A stretch of 64,000 bases of DNA from contig JBGCDE010000056.1 of the NCBI GenBank assembly GCA_045105115.1, positions 13,323-77,322 of the forward strand, in the 5' to 3' direction. The notes below the pieces were generated by a model. The model had not been told where the DNA came from and did no database searches. It saw only the letters and a list, made by a program, of their open reading frames with translations. The position numbers and the translations under genes are program-made. This DNA is from Pseudomonadales bacterium. GTDB lineage: Bacteria; Pseudomonadota; Gammaproteobacteria; Pseudomonadales; JAUIET01. This document shows, piece by piece, positions 9,173 through 19,766 of the stretch; positions within the stretch are counted from its first letter, which is position 1, and each line of letters opens with the position of its first letter.

Positions 9173-9929
9173 AGACGACAAAGCACTTCCCTTGGTAGAA
9201 CATCTTACCGAGTTACGCGATCGTTTACTGCGCTGTCTGATGGCGATACTACTGGTGTTTGTCGCCTTGTATTCGTTTGCGAATGAAATTTACGCTTTCG
9301 TGTCAGAGCCATTGCGTAAGTTTCTGCCAGAAGGCGCGACTATGATTGCGACCGATGTAGCGTCGCCTTTTCTAACGCCGTTTAAGCTAACCCTTGTGCT
9401 GTCAGTATTTGCCGCTGTTCCTTACTTATTGTTTCAAATTTGGTCTTTTGTGGCACCCGGTATGTATCGCCATGAAAAGCGCTTTGCAATTCCATTACTA
9501 CTGTCGAGCGTGTTGTTGTTTTATGGTGGCATTGCGTTTGCGTACTTCGTGGTGTTTCCGCTGGTCTTCGGGTTTTTCACCAGCATTGGACCCACCGAAA
9601 TGACGGTGATGACCGACATCAACAGCTATCTGAATTTTATTCTTAAACTTTTTTTCGCATTCGGTATCGCTTTTGAAATACCTATCGCCACCGTTTTGTT
9701 GGTGTGGGCTGGAATTACCACACCCGACAGCTTGGCCAGCAAACGCCGTTTTATTGTGGTCGGTTGTTTTATTTTGGGGATGCTATTAACACCGCCCGAT
9801 GTGATTTCACAAGCTCTACTCGCATTCCCCATGTGGGTTCTGTTTGAGGTTGGCGTGATAATGAGCCGCTGGATTGAAAAGGATCGTGAAGGGCAGACTG
9901 TAAAACAAAGTAAGGAAGGAAATGTCTGA
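9165..9929 (+). CDS. tatC: Sec-independent translocase subunit TatC
   Basis: PLVEHLTELRDRLLR, six predicted TM segments, and LLTPPDVISQ. Confidence 0.93.
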   Translation: MTEDDKALPLVEHLTELRDRLLRCLMAILLVFVALYSFANEIYAFVSEPLRKFLPEGATMIATDVASPFLTPFKLTLVLSVFAAVPYLLFQIWSFVAPGMYRHEKRFAIPLLLSSVLLFYGGIAFAYFVVFPLVFGFFTSIGPTEMTVMTDINSYLNFILKLFFAFGIAFEIPIATVLLVWAGITTPDSLASKRRFIVVGCFILGMLLTPPDVISQALLAFPMWVLFEVGVIMSRWIEKDREGQTVKQSKEGNV

Positions 9930-11151
9930 CGCCATTACTGGCTCTTCGGAATACTATGACCTGATTGTTGTTGGTGGCGGTATCAACGGAGTTGCTGTTG
10001 CTCAAGCCGCGGCTGCAAAAGGTCATTCAGTTTTATTACTTGAAAAATCCGCACTGGCCGCCGGCACTTCATGTGCATCCAGCAAATTAATTCACGGTGG
10101 ATTGCGATACCTGGAAAGCTACGAATTTTCTTTAGTGTATGAAGCCTTGCGCGAACGAGCGATGATGTTGCGCAACGCGCCCGATCTGGTGGCACTCAAG
10201 AAATTCTATATTCCTGTGTATCGACACACGCGTCGGGCTCCCTGGCTTATTTTTGCAGGCCTGAGCCTGTATGCCTTATGCGACCGTTTGCGGCCATCCA
10301 GTCGCTTTCGAGTGGTGCCTAAATCTGAATGGAAAGAGCTTGATGGTATTGAAACCAAAGACCTGCGTGCTGTGTTTCAGTATCAGGATGCGCAAACCGA
10401 TGACGTGGAGCTAACACGGGCTGTGATGAACTCAGCTGCAGAGCTGGGCGCCTGTGTGATGGAGCAAACCCAGCTATTGAGCGCACACTGGCATAAGGAC
10501 CACTTCAGAGTGCTCGTGAATAAGGAAGGGGCACGGGTAAATTTTCGCTGCGGCACAATTGTGAATGCTGGCGGCCCTTGGGTTAATCGCATTAACGAGT
10601 GTGTTGAACCCGCCCCCAGAACCCTGGGCATAGACTTGATACAAGGCACTCACGTAGAACTAGAGGGGCAAATGAGTGAGCGCTTCTATTACGTTGAATC
10701 GCCACGCGACGGGCGCGCAGTATTCGTCATGCCCTGGTATGAAAACACCTTGATAGGCACTACTGAGGCTCGCTTTAGCGGCAATCCAGATGATATTAAG
10801 GCGTTGGACTCATCGGTAAGATATTTGCTTGGCGTGTTTCGTCACTATTTCCCGGATTTTAATGAGGGTGCAGATGCCAGAATAGTTAGCCGCATGGCTG
10901 GTGCCCGCGTACTGCCCGAAGCACAGACCAGCGCTTTCAAGCGCTCTCGCGAAACCATTTTGTACTGGCAGCCAGACTTCACGCCTAATGGACCCGCACT
11001 GTGCACCATTTATGGTGGCAAGCTGACAGCCTGGCGCGCAACAGCAGAAAAGGTATTGAAAACTATTCAGACAACATTACCTCAACCTACAGCTAATATA
11101 GATACGAAAACACTGCGACTGCAGCGTGTCAGACAGGACCAGAAACCATGA
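9922..11151 (+). CDS. FAD-dependent oxidoreductase, GlpD (glycerol-3-phosphate dehydrogenase)-like but short (409 aa)
   Basis: YDLIVVGGGINGVAVA..LLLEKSALAAGTSCASSKLIHGGLRYLESYEFSLVYEAL is the GlpD-type N-terminus. The gene overlaps tatC by 8 nt and prlC by 4 nt. Confidence 0.7.
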   Translation: MSDAITGSSEYYDLIVVGGGINGVAVAQAAAAKGHSVLLLEKSALAAGTSCASSKLIHGGLRYLESYEFSLVYEALRERAMMLRNAPDLVALKKFYIPVYRHTRRAPWLIFAGLSLYALCDRLRPSSRFRVVPKSEWKELDGIETKDLRAVFQYQDAQTDDVELTRAVMNSAAELGACVMEQTQLLSAHWHKDHFRVLVNKEGARVNFRCGTIVNAGGPWVNRINECVEPAPRTLGIDLIQGTHVELEGQMSERFYYVESPRDGRAVFVMPWYENTLIGTTEARFSGNPDDIKALDSSVRYLLGVFRHYFPDFNEGADARIVSRMAGARVLPEAQTSAFKRSRETILYWQPDFTPNGPALCTIYGGKLTAWRATAEKVLKTIQTTLPQPTANIDTKTLRLQRVRQDQKP

Positions 11152-13187
11152 GCAACCCCCTTCTTGAGCATAATGAGCTGCCTCCTTTTCAACACATTGA
11201 GGCAGACCATATTGAGCCCGCCATGCAAACGATTATTGACGATAACTTAACGGCTATCGATGAATTACTCGCGAACCAAACCCAAGTGAGCTGGCAGACT
11301 TTGTATGAACCGCTTGAGGAAATTAACGATCGACTTGAGCAAGCCTGGTCGCCGGTGAGCCACCTAAACGGTGTTGTTCAAACCGAAGAATTGCGCAAGG
11401 CCTACGAAACCTGCCTTCCATTGTTGTCGAAATACAGTACGCAATTGGGCCAGAACGAACAATTGTTCAAGGCTTACAAGACCCTGCATGACAGCGAGGG
11501 CTTTAATGCGTTAGCCCCAGCACAACAACAAATTGTTCGTAACAATTTACGCGATTTCAAATTATCCGGTATTGATCTGGACGAGAACGCCCGGCATCGC
11601 TACGGTGAGCTTAAGCAGCGCTTGTCTGAAGCAAGCAATCAGTTTTCAAATAACGTGCTGGATGCAACGCAAGCCTGGACCCGACATGTAGTGGATCTCG
11701 CTGAACTTGAGGGCATGCCAGACGCTGCGATTACAGCCGCAAAAGCAGCCGCACAAGCAAAACAGATGGAAGGTTATCTGCTAACTCTGGATGCACCTTG
11801 TTACATCGCGGTGGTCAGTTATGCAGATAGTGCAGGGCTTCGTAAAGACATGTATACAGCCTACACCACACGCGCATCTGACAAAGGCCCAAATGCTGGC
11901 GAGTTCAGCAACAGTGATCTGATGGTAGAGATCACAACACTACGACATGAGTTGGCCACTTTATTAGGTTTTGCCAATTATGCCGAATACTCTTTGGCGA
12001 AGAAAATGGCCGACACGCCCGATCAGGTAATTGATTTTCTGGAGCAACTGTCTGGGCGCACCAGAGCTGTTGCACAATCAGAACTGGAGGCTCTGCAGCA
12101 GTACGCCAGCGCTGAACACCAGCACGTTCAATTGGAAGCCTGGGATGTCAGCTATTTTTCCGAGAAGTTAAGAAAGCAGCAATTTGATATAGATCAGGAA
12201 GAACTGCGACCGTATTTTCCGGCCCAAAAAGTCACCCAGGGTTTATTCTCTGTTGCTAGCCGTTTGTTCGATATAGAGATCACGCCCGATGCCAGCATGT
12301 CGACCTGGCACTCTGACGTTAGCGCGTTTCAAATTTCCAGAAATGGTTCAACAATCGCCCGGTTTTATCTTGACTTGTACGCGCGCGAACATAAACGCGG
12401 TGGCGCATGGATGGCAGATTGTCGAGTACGCCGGCGCTTGAACAGTGGCGGTCTACAAAATCCGGTCGCCTTCCTAACCTGCAACTTTATGGCCCCCGCT
12501 GGCGGTCAGCCCAGTTTGCTAACCTTCAATGAAGTGACCACACTGTTTCATGAATTTGGTCATGGCCTGCACCATATGCTGAGCCAAATAGAATACGCCG
12601 AGGTGTCTGGTATCAATGGCGTGGCATGGGACGCGGTTGAATTACCCTCGCAGTTTCTGGAAAACTGGTGCTGGCAGGCACAAGTGATCGAACAATTATC
12701 CGAACATCATGAAACCGGTGAAAGCTTACCGCAGGAATTATTGAACAAGTTATTGGCCGCAAAGAATTTTCAAGCCGGCATGCAAATGCTCAGGCAAATT
12801 GAGTTTGCGTTGTTTGATTTTCGCATGCATCAGCAATCGGGTATGCAATCGGCAGATGACATTCAAGCCTTGCTTAACCAGGTTCGTGCAGACGTCGCTG
12901 TGCTTACGCCACCGGCGGATAATCGCTTTCAACACGGATTCAGTCATATTTTTGCGGGGGGCTATGCCGCAGGGTATTACAGTTACAAGTGGGCCGAGGT
13001 GTTGTCAGCCGATGCGTTTTCCGAGTTCGAAGAACACGGCATTTATCACGACGCAACACGCAAACGCTACTTGAGTGAAATACTTGAGAAAGGTGGAGCC
13101 GCACCGGCCATGGAGTTGTTCAAGAACTTCATGGGGCGAGAGCCTGAGGTTGATGCCCTGCTGAAACAATCTGGTATTGCGGCCTAG
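11148..13187 (+). CDS. prlC: Oligopeptidase A (M3 metallopeptidase)
   Basis: 679 aa with the zinc motif TLFHEFGHGLHHML and M3-family C-terminal motifs (FSHIFAGGYAAGYYSYKWAEVLSADAF). Confidence 0.9.
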   Translation: MSNPLLEHNELPPFQHIEADHIEPAMQTIIDDNLTAIDELLANQTQVSWQTLYEPLEEINDRLEQAWSPVSHLNGVVQTEELRKAYETCLPLLSKYSTQLGQNEQLFKAYKTLHDSEGFNALAPAQQQIVRNNLRDFKLSGIDLDENARHRYGELKQRLSEASNQFSNNVLDATQAWTRHVVDLAELEGMPDAAITAAKAAAQAKQMEGYLLTLDAPCYIAVVSYADSAGLRKDMYTAYTTRASDKGPNAGEFSNSDLMVEITTLRHELATLLGFANYAEYSLAKKMADTPDQVIDFLEQLSGRTRAVAQSELEALQQYASAEHQHVQLEAWDVSYFSEKLRKQQFDIDQEELRPYFPAQKVTQGLFSVASRLFDIEITPDASMSTWHSDVSAFQISRNGSTIARFYLDLYAREHKRGGAWMADCRVRRRLNSGGLQNPVAFLTCNFMAPAGGQPSLLTFNEVTTLFHEFGHGLHHMLSQIEYAEVSGINGVAWDAVELPSQFLENWCWQAQVIEQLSEHHETGESLPQELLNKLLAAKNFQAGMQMLRQIEFALFDFRMHQQSGMQSADDIQALLNQVRADVAVLTPPADNRFQHGFSHIFAGGYAAGYYSYKWAEVLSADAFSEFEEHGIYHDATRKRYLSEILEKGGAAPAMELFKNFMGREPEVDALLKQSGIAA

Positions 13188-13220
13188 TTTTATTGCCGCC
13201 AGATATGATGACGGTTTGGC

Positions 13221-13793
13221 TTAGAACTTAGTGTGCTTTGATTTGGTCGCTAATTTTTGCGCATCGCTTTTTCGAAACAACACATAAACCGCGCCCGAGC
13301 CACCGTGTTGTTTTTGCGCCGTGTGAAACGCCAGCACATCTGGTAAATCCTTGAGCCAATGGTTTACGCAGCTTTTGATGGTTGCTTGCTTGCCCTTGCC
13401 ATGCACGATAAGTGCTGTGCGAACGTCGTATTGCAAACAGTCTTTACAAAACTGATAAACCGCCGTGCGCGCTTGTTCAACCGTATGTTTATGCAGATCA
13501 AGCCGTGCGTCCACTGCGTACTTTCCAAGACGCATTTTCTTCAGCACACCGTGTTGCACGCCTGGGCGGGCGAATTCCAGAATCGCGTCCGGACTTATCT
13601 CAGGAATAAAGTTATCAGCCAGCGGGTTGTCATCGTGCTCCAACTCTTGTGTAGCAACCGTGCGTGCACGACTGAGCGTAGGGTCAAGACTCTTACGACC
13701 AGCTTCTCTAGGCGCACGATCACTACTGATCGGCTTAACATCAAGCATTTGCTCTCTAAATAGATCGTCGTCTTTATTGTCAGAACCAGACAT
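13221..13793 (-). CDS. Smr-domain protein (SmrA/YdaL-like endonuclease)
   Basis: The C-terminal Smr domain reads RLDLHKHTVEQARTAVYQF..ALIVHGKGK..VNHWL..VLAFHTA..GGSGAVYV. Confidence 0.75.
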   Translation of the reverse strand: MSGSDNKDDDLFREQMLDVKPISSDRAPREAGRKSLDPTLSRARTVATQELEHDDNPLADNFIPEISPDAILEFARPGVQHGVLKKMRLGKYAVDARLDLHKHTVEQARTAVYQFCKDCLQYDVRTALIVHGKGKQATIKSCVNHWLKDLPDVLAFHTAQKQHGGSGAVYVLFRKSDAQKLATKSKHTKF

Positions 13794-14242
13794 CAGCTTT
13801 CCAGTAAGAAGGTTACTGGCCCATCATTAATGAGGTGTACCTGCATGTTCGCACCAAATTCACCTGTAGCGACGGAACCCAATTTGTTAAATACATATTC
13901 TGCCGCTTGTTGGTATAAATCTTCCGCCAGTGCAGGAGGTGCCGCTTTGCTGAAACTGGGCCGCAGACCACGACCGGTATCAGCACACAGCGTAAACTGA
14001 GACACTAATAGCAACTCGCCACCGCTGGCGACCAGGTTAAGATTCATTTTCCCATTGTCGTCTGCGAAAATTCGATAATCGAGACACTTTTGCATTAGCT
14101 TCTGCATAGTGTCGTGTGAGTCTCGCGCTTCCACCCCCAACAACACCAGCAGGCCAGCGCCTATCTGGCCAGTGGTTTGGACACCATCAGGGCGGCTTAC
14201 ATCAACTCGAGCTTCCTGCACACGCTGGATCAAGGCTTTCAT
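13793..14242 (-). CDS. dtd: D-aminoacyl-tRNA deacylase
   Basis: MKALIQRVQEARV..GAGLLVLLGV..RIF.D..GKMNL..LLLVSQFTL.ADT.RGLRPSF..FGA.MQV.L.NDGPVT. Confidence 0.92.
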   Translation of the reverse strand: MKALIQRVQEARVDVSRPDGVQTTGQIGAGLLVLLGVEARDSHDTMQKLMQKCLDYRIFADDNGKMNLNLVASGGELLLVSQFTLCADTGRGLRPSFSKAAPPALAEDLYQQAAEYVFNKLGSVATGEFGANMQVHLINDGPVTFLLES

Positions 14243-14285
14243 AGTCTAACTCTACAATCACTACGCTCAGCTTCAAGCCTTTGGA

Positions 14286-15251
14286 TTACACCGAGTAATC
14301 ATCAGCGTAACGCATGGACATATCTCGCGTCGCACGAATCAAGGCGTCAACCGTGCCAGGTTCGGTGGCTGAATGGCCAGCATCTCGAACAATATTGAGT
14401 GACGCGTCGTGCCATACCTTGCTTAGCTCAAATGCGTTATCCAATGGGCAGATCATGTCGTAGCGTCCGTGCACAATCGTACCCGGTATACCATTCAAAC
14501 GACTGGCTTCGCGCAGAATCTGATTAGGTTCCAGAAAGCCACGGTGCGCAAAGAAATGGGCTTCTATGCGCGCCATTGCCAGGGCGAGGTGTGGCTGGGA
14601 AAAAAATTCGACTGAACTGGCACTCGGTCTTAGCGTCGAGCATCTTGCTTCCCACAAGCACCACGCTTTTGCTGCCGCCATTCTAGCCAGCTCATTATTA
14701 CTCACCAGACGCTTGTAATACGCGGCCAGTAAATCATCACGTTCAGCCTCAGGAATAGGCGCTATGAAATCCTCCCAGTAGTCTGGAAATACCAGGCTTG
14801 CCCCATGGCGATACAACCAGTCGATTTCATTTTTACGGCACAAAAATATTCCACGCAGAATCATGCCCAGCACATGCTCGGGATGTTTCTCGGCATACAG
14901 TAGCGACAAGGTAGAACCCCAACTGCCACCAAACAAAACCCAGCTCTTGATTTTTAGAGTGCGCCGAATCACTTCTATATCATCAAGCAGAGACTGTGTG
15001 TCGTTGTTCATCAACTCAGCATGTGGCGTTGATTTTCCAGCACCGCGTTGATCAAACAAAATGATTCTATATTTTTGCGGATCAAAGAAACGGCGGTGCT
15101 GAGGGGTACAACCGCTTCCAGGTCCGCCATGCACAAAAAGAACCGGTATGCCACGCGGGTTGCCTGATTCCTCTACATAGATCTCGTGAGGTGGCGACAC
15201 CTTAAGGTGTTGTCGGTGATAGGGCTTAATGTCAGGATAAAGTACCAGCAT
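14286..15251 (-). CDS. pip: Proline iminopeptidase (alpha/beta hydrolase)
   Basis: LYPDIKPY..GNPRGIPVLFVHGGPGSG..FDQRGAGKSTPHA, nucleophile elbow FGGSWGSTL, and GRYDMICP. Confidence 0.88.
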   Translation of the reverse strand: MLVLYPDIKPYHRQHLKVSPPHEIYVEESGNPRGIPVLFVHGGPGSGCTPQHRRFFDPQKYRIILFDQRGAGKSTPHAELMNNDTQSLLDDIEVIRRTLKIKSWVLFGGSWGSTLSLLYAEKHPEHVLGMILRGIFLCRKNEIDWLYRHGASLVFPDYWEDFIAPIPEAERDDLLAAYYKRLVSNNELARMAAAKAWCLWEARCSTLRPSASSVEFFSQPHLALAMARIEAHFFAHRGFLEPNQILREASRLNGIPGTIVHGRYDMICPLDNAFELSKVWHDASLNIVRDAGHSATEPGTVDALIRATRDMSMRYADDYSV

Positions 15252-15319
15252 TCCTTAACGATAAGCGATGGCATGCTGCTTTACTACCAGCGATCTTGCT
15301 ACAAATCCCAATCAGTGAC

Positions 15320-16210
15320 TCAATCTGGGTAAAGCTGCAGCATTCTGTCTGGATAGTCGGTAATGATACCTGTTACACCGAGGTCAATTATGCGGCGCAT
15401 TTCTTGTTGGTCATTAATCGTCCATGGTAAAACATGCATACCTTGTGCAGCGGCATCCTCCACTCTTCCCTTAGTGAGTATTTCAATGCCATGACTGCTT
15501 GGCGGTATCTCCAGGGCATACGCTCTCGGGTGATAAAACCCCAGTAATCCCACCGTTTGATTCACAACAAATCCAACGGTCTCAGAGTAGCTTGTCGCTG
15601 TTGGAGTATTCGGGCAGGCCAATCGGAACGCATTGATGGATGAGGCGTGCTCTGAAGCAATCAAGACTCGCTGTTCAGCGCCTGCGCTTTTCACAAGCTC
15701 GCAGGTCGCCTCAGCGATTAATTCATCACTCTCTTTAATTTCTATATTCAAACGGTATTCGGGAAACTCTTCCAGCACCTGTGACAGCTTGGGAATCTGA
15801 ATACCATCGCCTTGATAGGGCGGAATGCTACCTTCAACACCTTGCCCTTCGGGTAGCCAGTGATAAGCAGCATCGAGTTGTGACAGCTGCGCGTAGGTCA
15901 TTTCAGCTACCGCGCCACTGCCATTGGTTGTACGGTCTACCGTGTCATCGTGCATTAGCACCAACTGATCATCGAGAGTTTGCCGTACGTCGAATTCCAG
16001 AACGTCTACACCCAGGCGCGACGCGTGGCGAAACGCGATCAAGGTATTTTCAGGTCGCAGGCCGGCACCGCCACGATGCGCAATCACCAACGGGCGATCG
16101 CGCTCAAAGTAAGGATGGTCAGGCAATGTTTGCTTACTGGTAGCGCGTAAAGACAAAATAACCACCACCATCAATATAACCAGTACCCAACCGCGGGTTG
16201 CTCTGTTCAT
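15320..16210 (-). CDS. Glycerophosphodiester phosphodiesterase (GDPD family), exported or membrane-anchored
   Basis: An N-terminal TM/signal segment, VIAHRGGAGLRPENTLIAFRHA, LEFDVRQTLDDQLVLMHDDTVDRTTNG, and IITDYPD. Confidence 0.8.
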   Translation of the reverse strand: MNRATRGWVLVILMVVVILSLRATSKQTLPDHPYFERDRPLVIAHRGGAGLRPENTLIAFRHASRLGVDVLEFDVRQTLDDQLVLMHDDTVDRTTNGSGAVAEMTYAQLSQLDAAYHWLPEGQGVEGSIPPYQGDGIQIPKLSQVLEEFPEYRLNIEIKESDELIAEATCELVKSAGAEQRVLIASEHASSINAFRLACPNTPTATSYSETVGFVVNQTVGLLGFYHPRAYALEIPPSSHGIEILTKGRVEDAAAQGMHVLPWTINDQQEMRRIIDLGVTGIITDYPDRMLQLYPD

Positions 16211-16216
16211 TTTACC

Positions 16217-18649
16217 TTACGCCAGCGACGCCTCCCGATTATTCATATCACTATCAGCAAGCAATTCAAACTCAGGACCAAACGCTTTGAATCGAATCAA
16301 CAATACCGGCAGCAGGAACAGGTCAGCCAACAAAGCCATGCATATCGCACTGATAAGCAAACTTCCAAAACTGGCCATGGTCGCCATATCTGAAGAAAAA
16401 TGGGTTGAGAATGAAACCACTAAAATGATAGTGGTAATCACCAAGGCATGCCCAACACCGCCTATCGCTTGCCGTAACGCCTGCTGGTAATTTCCACAGC
16501 GAAAAAACTCCTGTCGCATCCGGCTGACCAGATGCACTGTGTCATCAACCGCAATGCCTATCGCAATGGTTGCGATCATCATCCGGATGTAATCCAGATT
16601 GATTCCTGCAAAGCCCATATACCCCATTGTTAGAAGTATCGGCGCCAGGTTTGGAATCATCGCCAGCGCACCTACTTTTAGCGAGCGAAAGATTATACAC
16701 ATCAACATGAATATCATTACGAAGACTAGCAAATAGCCTTTAGTGAAACTTGTGAATATATAATCTGCCAGTTTTACCCACAGCAAACCGACACCGCTTG
16801 GCTCTACTCTCAACCCGGCGTCGCTTGTATTGAACTCCGTGTCTACGTAGTCAGTAAGCACATCGAACAATTCACGAACTTTTTGAGAGCCCACCATAGC
16901 CACTCGCAAATCAACAACGGCTCTCGAAAAATCACTGGTCATGTATTTTTCAAGTTGGTCGCCGCCCGATAATTCGTACATCAGTAAATACTGAGCAACT
17001 AAATCGCGATTATCTGGCAAACGATAGTACTCAGGATCATCACCATGAAATGTTTGATTCAAGTCTTTAAGAATATCAACGATTGACAGCGACTTATGCA
17101 CTAAAGGTTGTTGGTCGGCAAACTCCTGAAAGCGCTCCAGTGCTGCCAAGTATTCCGGCGATTTCATACCGTCTTGTTCGGATTCGAAGACAAACACCAA
17201 ACTGAGCATACCGCCCATAGTGTCTTCTGCGAATTCGGTATGCTGGCGAATTTGCATGTGCGGCTTGAAATCGGTGATGAAATTGAAATCAATGCGCAGT
17301 TTACTCACGCCAATCAGCCCGGTGACTATTAAGCCAGCCGACAGCAGTATGATCAGTCCCGGTCGCTTCAGATCTACTTTGACGACCCAATCCAGAACCT
17401 TGTTAAGCCATTGCTGCTGCAGAGTCCACTGCCTTGGCTTATCTCCCCCAAATGAAAGCAGACTCAGCAATAAAGTGGCCGTTAGAAAGAACGTGCATAA
17501 AACACCGAAGGCGCCATAGAGAGATAAATTCGCAATACCTTTCAAGTCAGAAACTGCCATGGCCATAAAACCAACCGCGGTTGATAGCGCAGCGAGAAGA
17601 CAAGGATTACCGACTAGCTCCATGGTTTCTCTAAGCGCATCTCGCCGACAAAGACCATGCGACCTCGCTAAATGAAACTCCGACAGCAGGTGCACAGCCT
17701 GCGCCACACCAATAGCGATTAGCAAATTGGGCACCATCGCAAACAACATATCAATGTCCCAGCCTATCAGCGCCATAAAGGCTACCGTCATGGTCATCGC
17801 TACCAATACGACCAGCAAAGGGCCTAGCAAGGATAAAACACCACCACGGATTAATACCAAACCAAGTACCATGATAATGATCACGCTAATGCCCATTTGC
17901 GAAACAGGCTCAGAAAACGCTATTTCGTTATAGACGGTGTTGAGCTCAACATCGCCAATATTGTAAAAGTCGATGTCTTGATATTCTGGTCGGCTGAGCA
18001 AGTCTTGTATCGCGTGGCCGCTCACTTGCGGGTACAAGTTCTGCAATCCATCACCACCTTCAGGGTCATAGCGAACCATGTCGGGCGGGTCTGTGGCGGC
18101 CCGGGTCATTTCGATCACAATCGCAGCGTGCTTGCCTTCCGGCGAGACGATGTTGTTCAGATAAATATCTTTGCTAAGTATCAGATCTCTGAGCTCAAGC
18201 ATTTCTTGTTGGCTTTCAGGGAAATCATGCAAAATTTCGTGCACCTGAATATCATCACCGTCAGATTGCATGAACTCGGCAGAGCTTAGGCTCAACACAT
18301 CATTTACAAACGGTACTTCCGTTTCAAGCGCCCGACTGAGTTGTGCGATAGTGCGCATGACTTCGATGTCAAAAACACCGTGTTCTTTTTCAGGCACTGA
18401 ATACAACAGGAACGCAATTTCGTCAGATCCAAAATCTTCACGATAATCGTAATAGTGTTGATACGTTGGGTCGTCTTGATCAAAGAACGCATCCAGCGAA
18501 GAGTCACTACCAACGCCGCTAGCCACCCATGCAGACAGCGCTGCAATAAATAGAGAGGCCAACAGTACAGGCCACCGATTGTCGTGTACCCACACGGCAA
18601 AGTTGCCAAACGCATGCGAAGAACGTGCGAGATAATCTCTTGGCGCCAT
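16217..18649 (-). CDS. MMPL/RND-superfamily inner-membrane transporter (two 6-TM bundles, HpnN-like architecture)
   Basis: 810 aa with two hydrophobic blocks, each preceded by a large periplasmic loop. It is paralogous in layout to the CDS at 43489-46071 and ends 6 nt upstream of the GDPD gene. Confidence 0.8.
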   Translation of the reverse strand: MAPRDYLARSSHAFGNFAVWVHDNRWPVLLASLFIAALSAWVASGVGSDSSLDAFFDQDDPTYQHYYDYREDFGSDEIAFLLYSVPEKEHGVFDIEVMRTIAQLSRALETEVPFVNDVLSLSSAEFMQSDGDDIQVHEILHDFPESQQEMLELRDLILSKDIYLNNIVSPEGKHAAIVIEMTRAATDPPDMVRYDPEGGDGLQNLYPQVSGHAIQDLLSRPEYQDIDFYNIGDVELNTVYNEIAFSEPVSQMGISVIIIMVLGLVLIRGGVLSLLGPLLVVLVAMTMTVAFMALIGWDIDMLFAMVPNLLIAIGVAQAVHLLSEFHLARSHGLCRRDALRETMELVGNPCLLAALSTAVGFMAMAVSDLKGIANLSLYGAFGVLCTFFLTATLLLSLLSFGGDKPRQWTLQQQWLNKVLDWVVKVDLKRPGLIILLSAGLIVTGLIGVSKLRIDFNFITDFKPHMQIRQHTEFAEDTMGGMLSLVFVFESEQDGMKSPEYLAALERFQEFADQQPLVHKSLSIVDILKDLNQTFHGDDPEYYRLPDNRDLVAQYLLMYELSGGDQLEKYMTSDFSRAVVDLRVAMVGSQKVRELFDVLTDYVDTEFNTSDAGLRVEPSGVGLLWVKLADYIFTSFTKGYLLVFVMIFMLMCIIFRSLKVGALAMIPNLAPILLTMGYMGFAGINLDYIRMMIATIAIGIAVDDTVHLVSRMRQEFFRCGNYQQALRQAIGGVGHALVITTIILVVSFSTHFSSDMATMASFGSLLISAICMALLADLFLLPVLLIRFKAFGPEFELLADSDMNNREASLA

Positions 18650-18707
18650 AAGCTGAATTCCTTAAACGATAGGGACTAGTGTATCGGCTGTAGTCACAGA
18701 GTCCCGC

Positions 18708-18902
18708 TTACAGTGCCTTCACTTTGAATTTGCCACAACGCTCACACTCGTAGCGGGTTACCAACTTGCCCTTTTTCGAATCGAATACTTGCTTATCAAC
18801 AATTCGCCACTTGTGATGACCATTGCCACACAAAGTGTTGCCTTTGGCCTTTTTTGATTGGGCAGCACTGCGCTTTTTGTCGAACGAAATAATATCAGCC
18901 AT
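18708..18902 (-). CDS. Small hypothetical zinc-ribbon-like protein (64 aa)
   Basis: MADIISFDKKRSAAQSKKAKGNTLCGNGHHKW..YECERCGKFKVKAL, with a C..HH / CxxC arrangement. ATG at 18902. No family recognised. Confidence 0.45.
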   Translation of the reverse strand: MADIISFDKKRSAAQSKKAKGNTLCGNGHHKWRIVDKQVFDSKKGKLVTRYECERCGKFKVKAL

Positions 18903-18934
18903 CGAGCTTTCCCTGCTAAAACTGCATTGCCATC

Positions 18935-19570
18935 TTAAGCCGGTGCGCCGCGATAGTAATGCCAAAGAAACAAACTGCCCGCTGTTCTCCGTGGCGCCCA
19001 GTGCTCCACCAACTGTCTGGCTTGCTTGCCGCTGGGTTTCTCTGCCAGGCCTTTCAATCGCTGTAAGGCAATTTGCAAAGCCAGATCATCCGCCGCAAAC
19101 ACATCCGCGCGCTGCAGAGAAAACATCAAATAGATCTCGGCACTCCACGGCCCAAATCCACGCAATCCAACAATTTGCTGCAGCACCTGCTCATCACTCA
19201 TTTCGGGAAGCTCGTCGGGATTGAACTCTTTGTTCAAAATAGCGTGCGCCAAACCTTGGGCGTATTCCACTTTGCGACCCGACAGGCCAGCGCCACGCAA
19301 CACTTCCGGTTTACAACCAGCGACTTTTTTCGGCGTCATCTTCGGTAGAGTCGTACATACCTTTTGCCAAATACTGGCGGCAGCTTCCGTAGAAACCTGC
19401 TGGCTGACAATGATCGACAAAAAGGTCTCAAAGCCAGTATCTCGAAGCCTCGGTTCCGGGTAGCCCACCTCTTCCACTGCGCGCGCAACATCTCGGTCTG
19501 AAGCCGCAATCGCATCGATATGGCGCTTTAATTTGCGCTTCTGATTACGGTATTCGGTACTCTGTGCCAT
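18935..19570 (-). CDS. DNA-3-methyladenine glycosylase II family (HhH-GPD, AlkA-like, short form)
   Basis: FETFLSIIVSQQVSTEAAASIW..GLSGRKVEYAQGLA..GLRGFGPWSAEIYLMFSLQRADVFAADDLAL (HhH motif plus catalytic Asp). Confidence 0.75.
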   Translation of the reverse strand: MAQSTEYRNQKRKLKRHIDAIAASDRDVARAVEEVGYPEPRLRDTGFETFLSIIVSQQVSTEAAASIWQKVCTTLPKMTPKKVAGCKPEVLRGAGLSGRKVEYAQGLAHAILNKEFNPDELPEMSDEQVLQQIVGLRGFGPWSAEIYLMFSLQRADVFAADDLALQIALQRLKGLAEKPSGKQARQLVEHWAPRRTAGSLFLWHYYRGAPA

Positions 19571-19766
19571 TAAGTCTTAACCGGCCGTTCGTCGGTCCTT
19601 TTATCGATTCAGAGGCCAACTAGTGAACAATAAATGTGCTGTTCGAAATTTGAACTACACTGAAATTTAGAAGCAGAAATAAGCACCGAGGAACATTTTC
19701 CGAGGTGCCTGCAAATATTAACCGCTTTGACATACGAATGTCATAAAGCAGGGCCATAGTCGTAAC

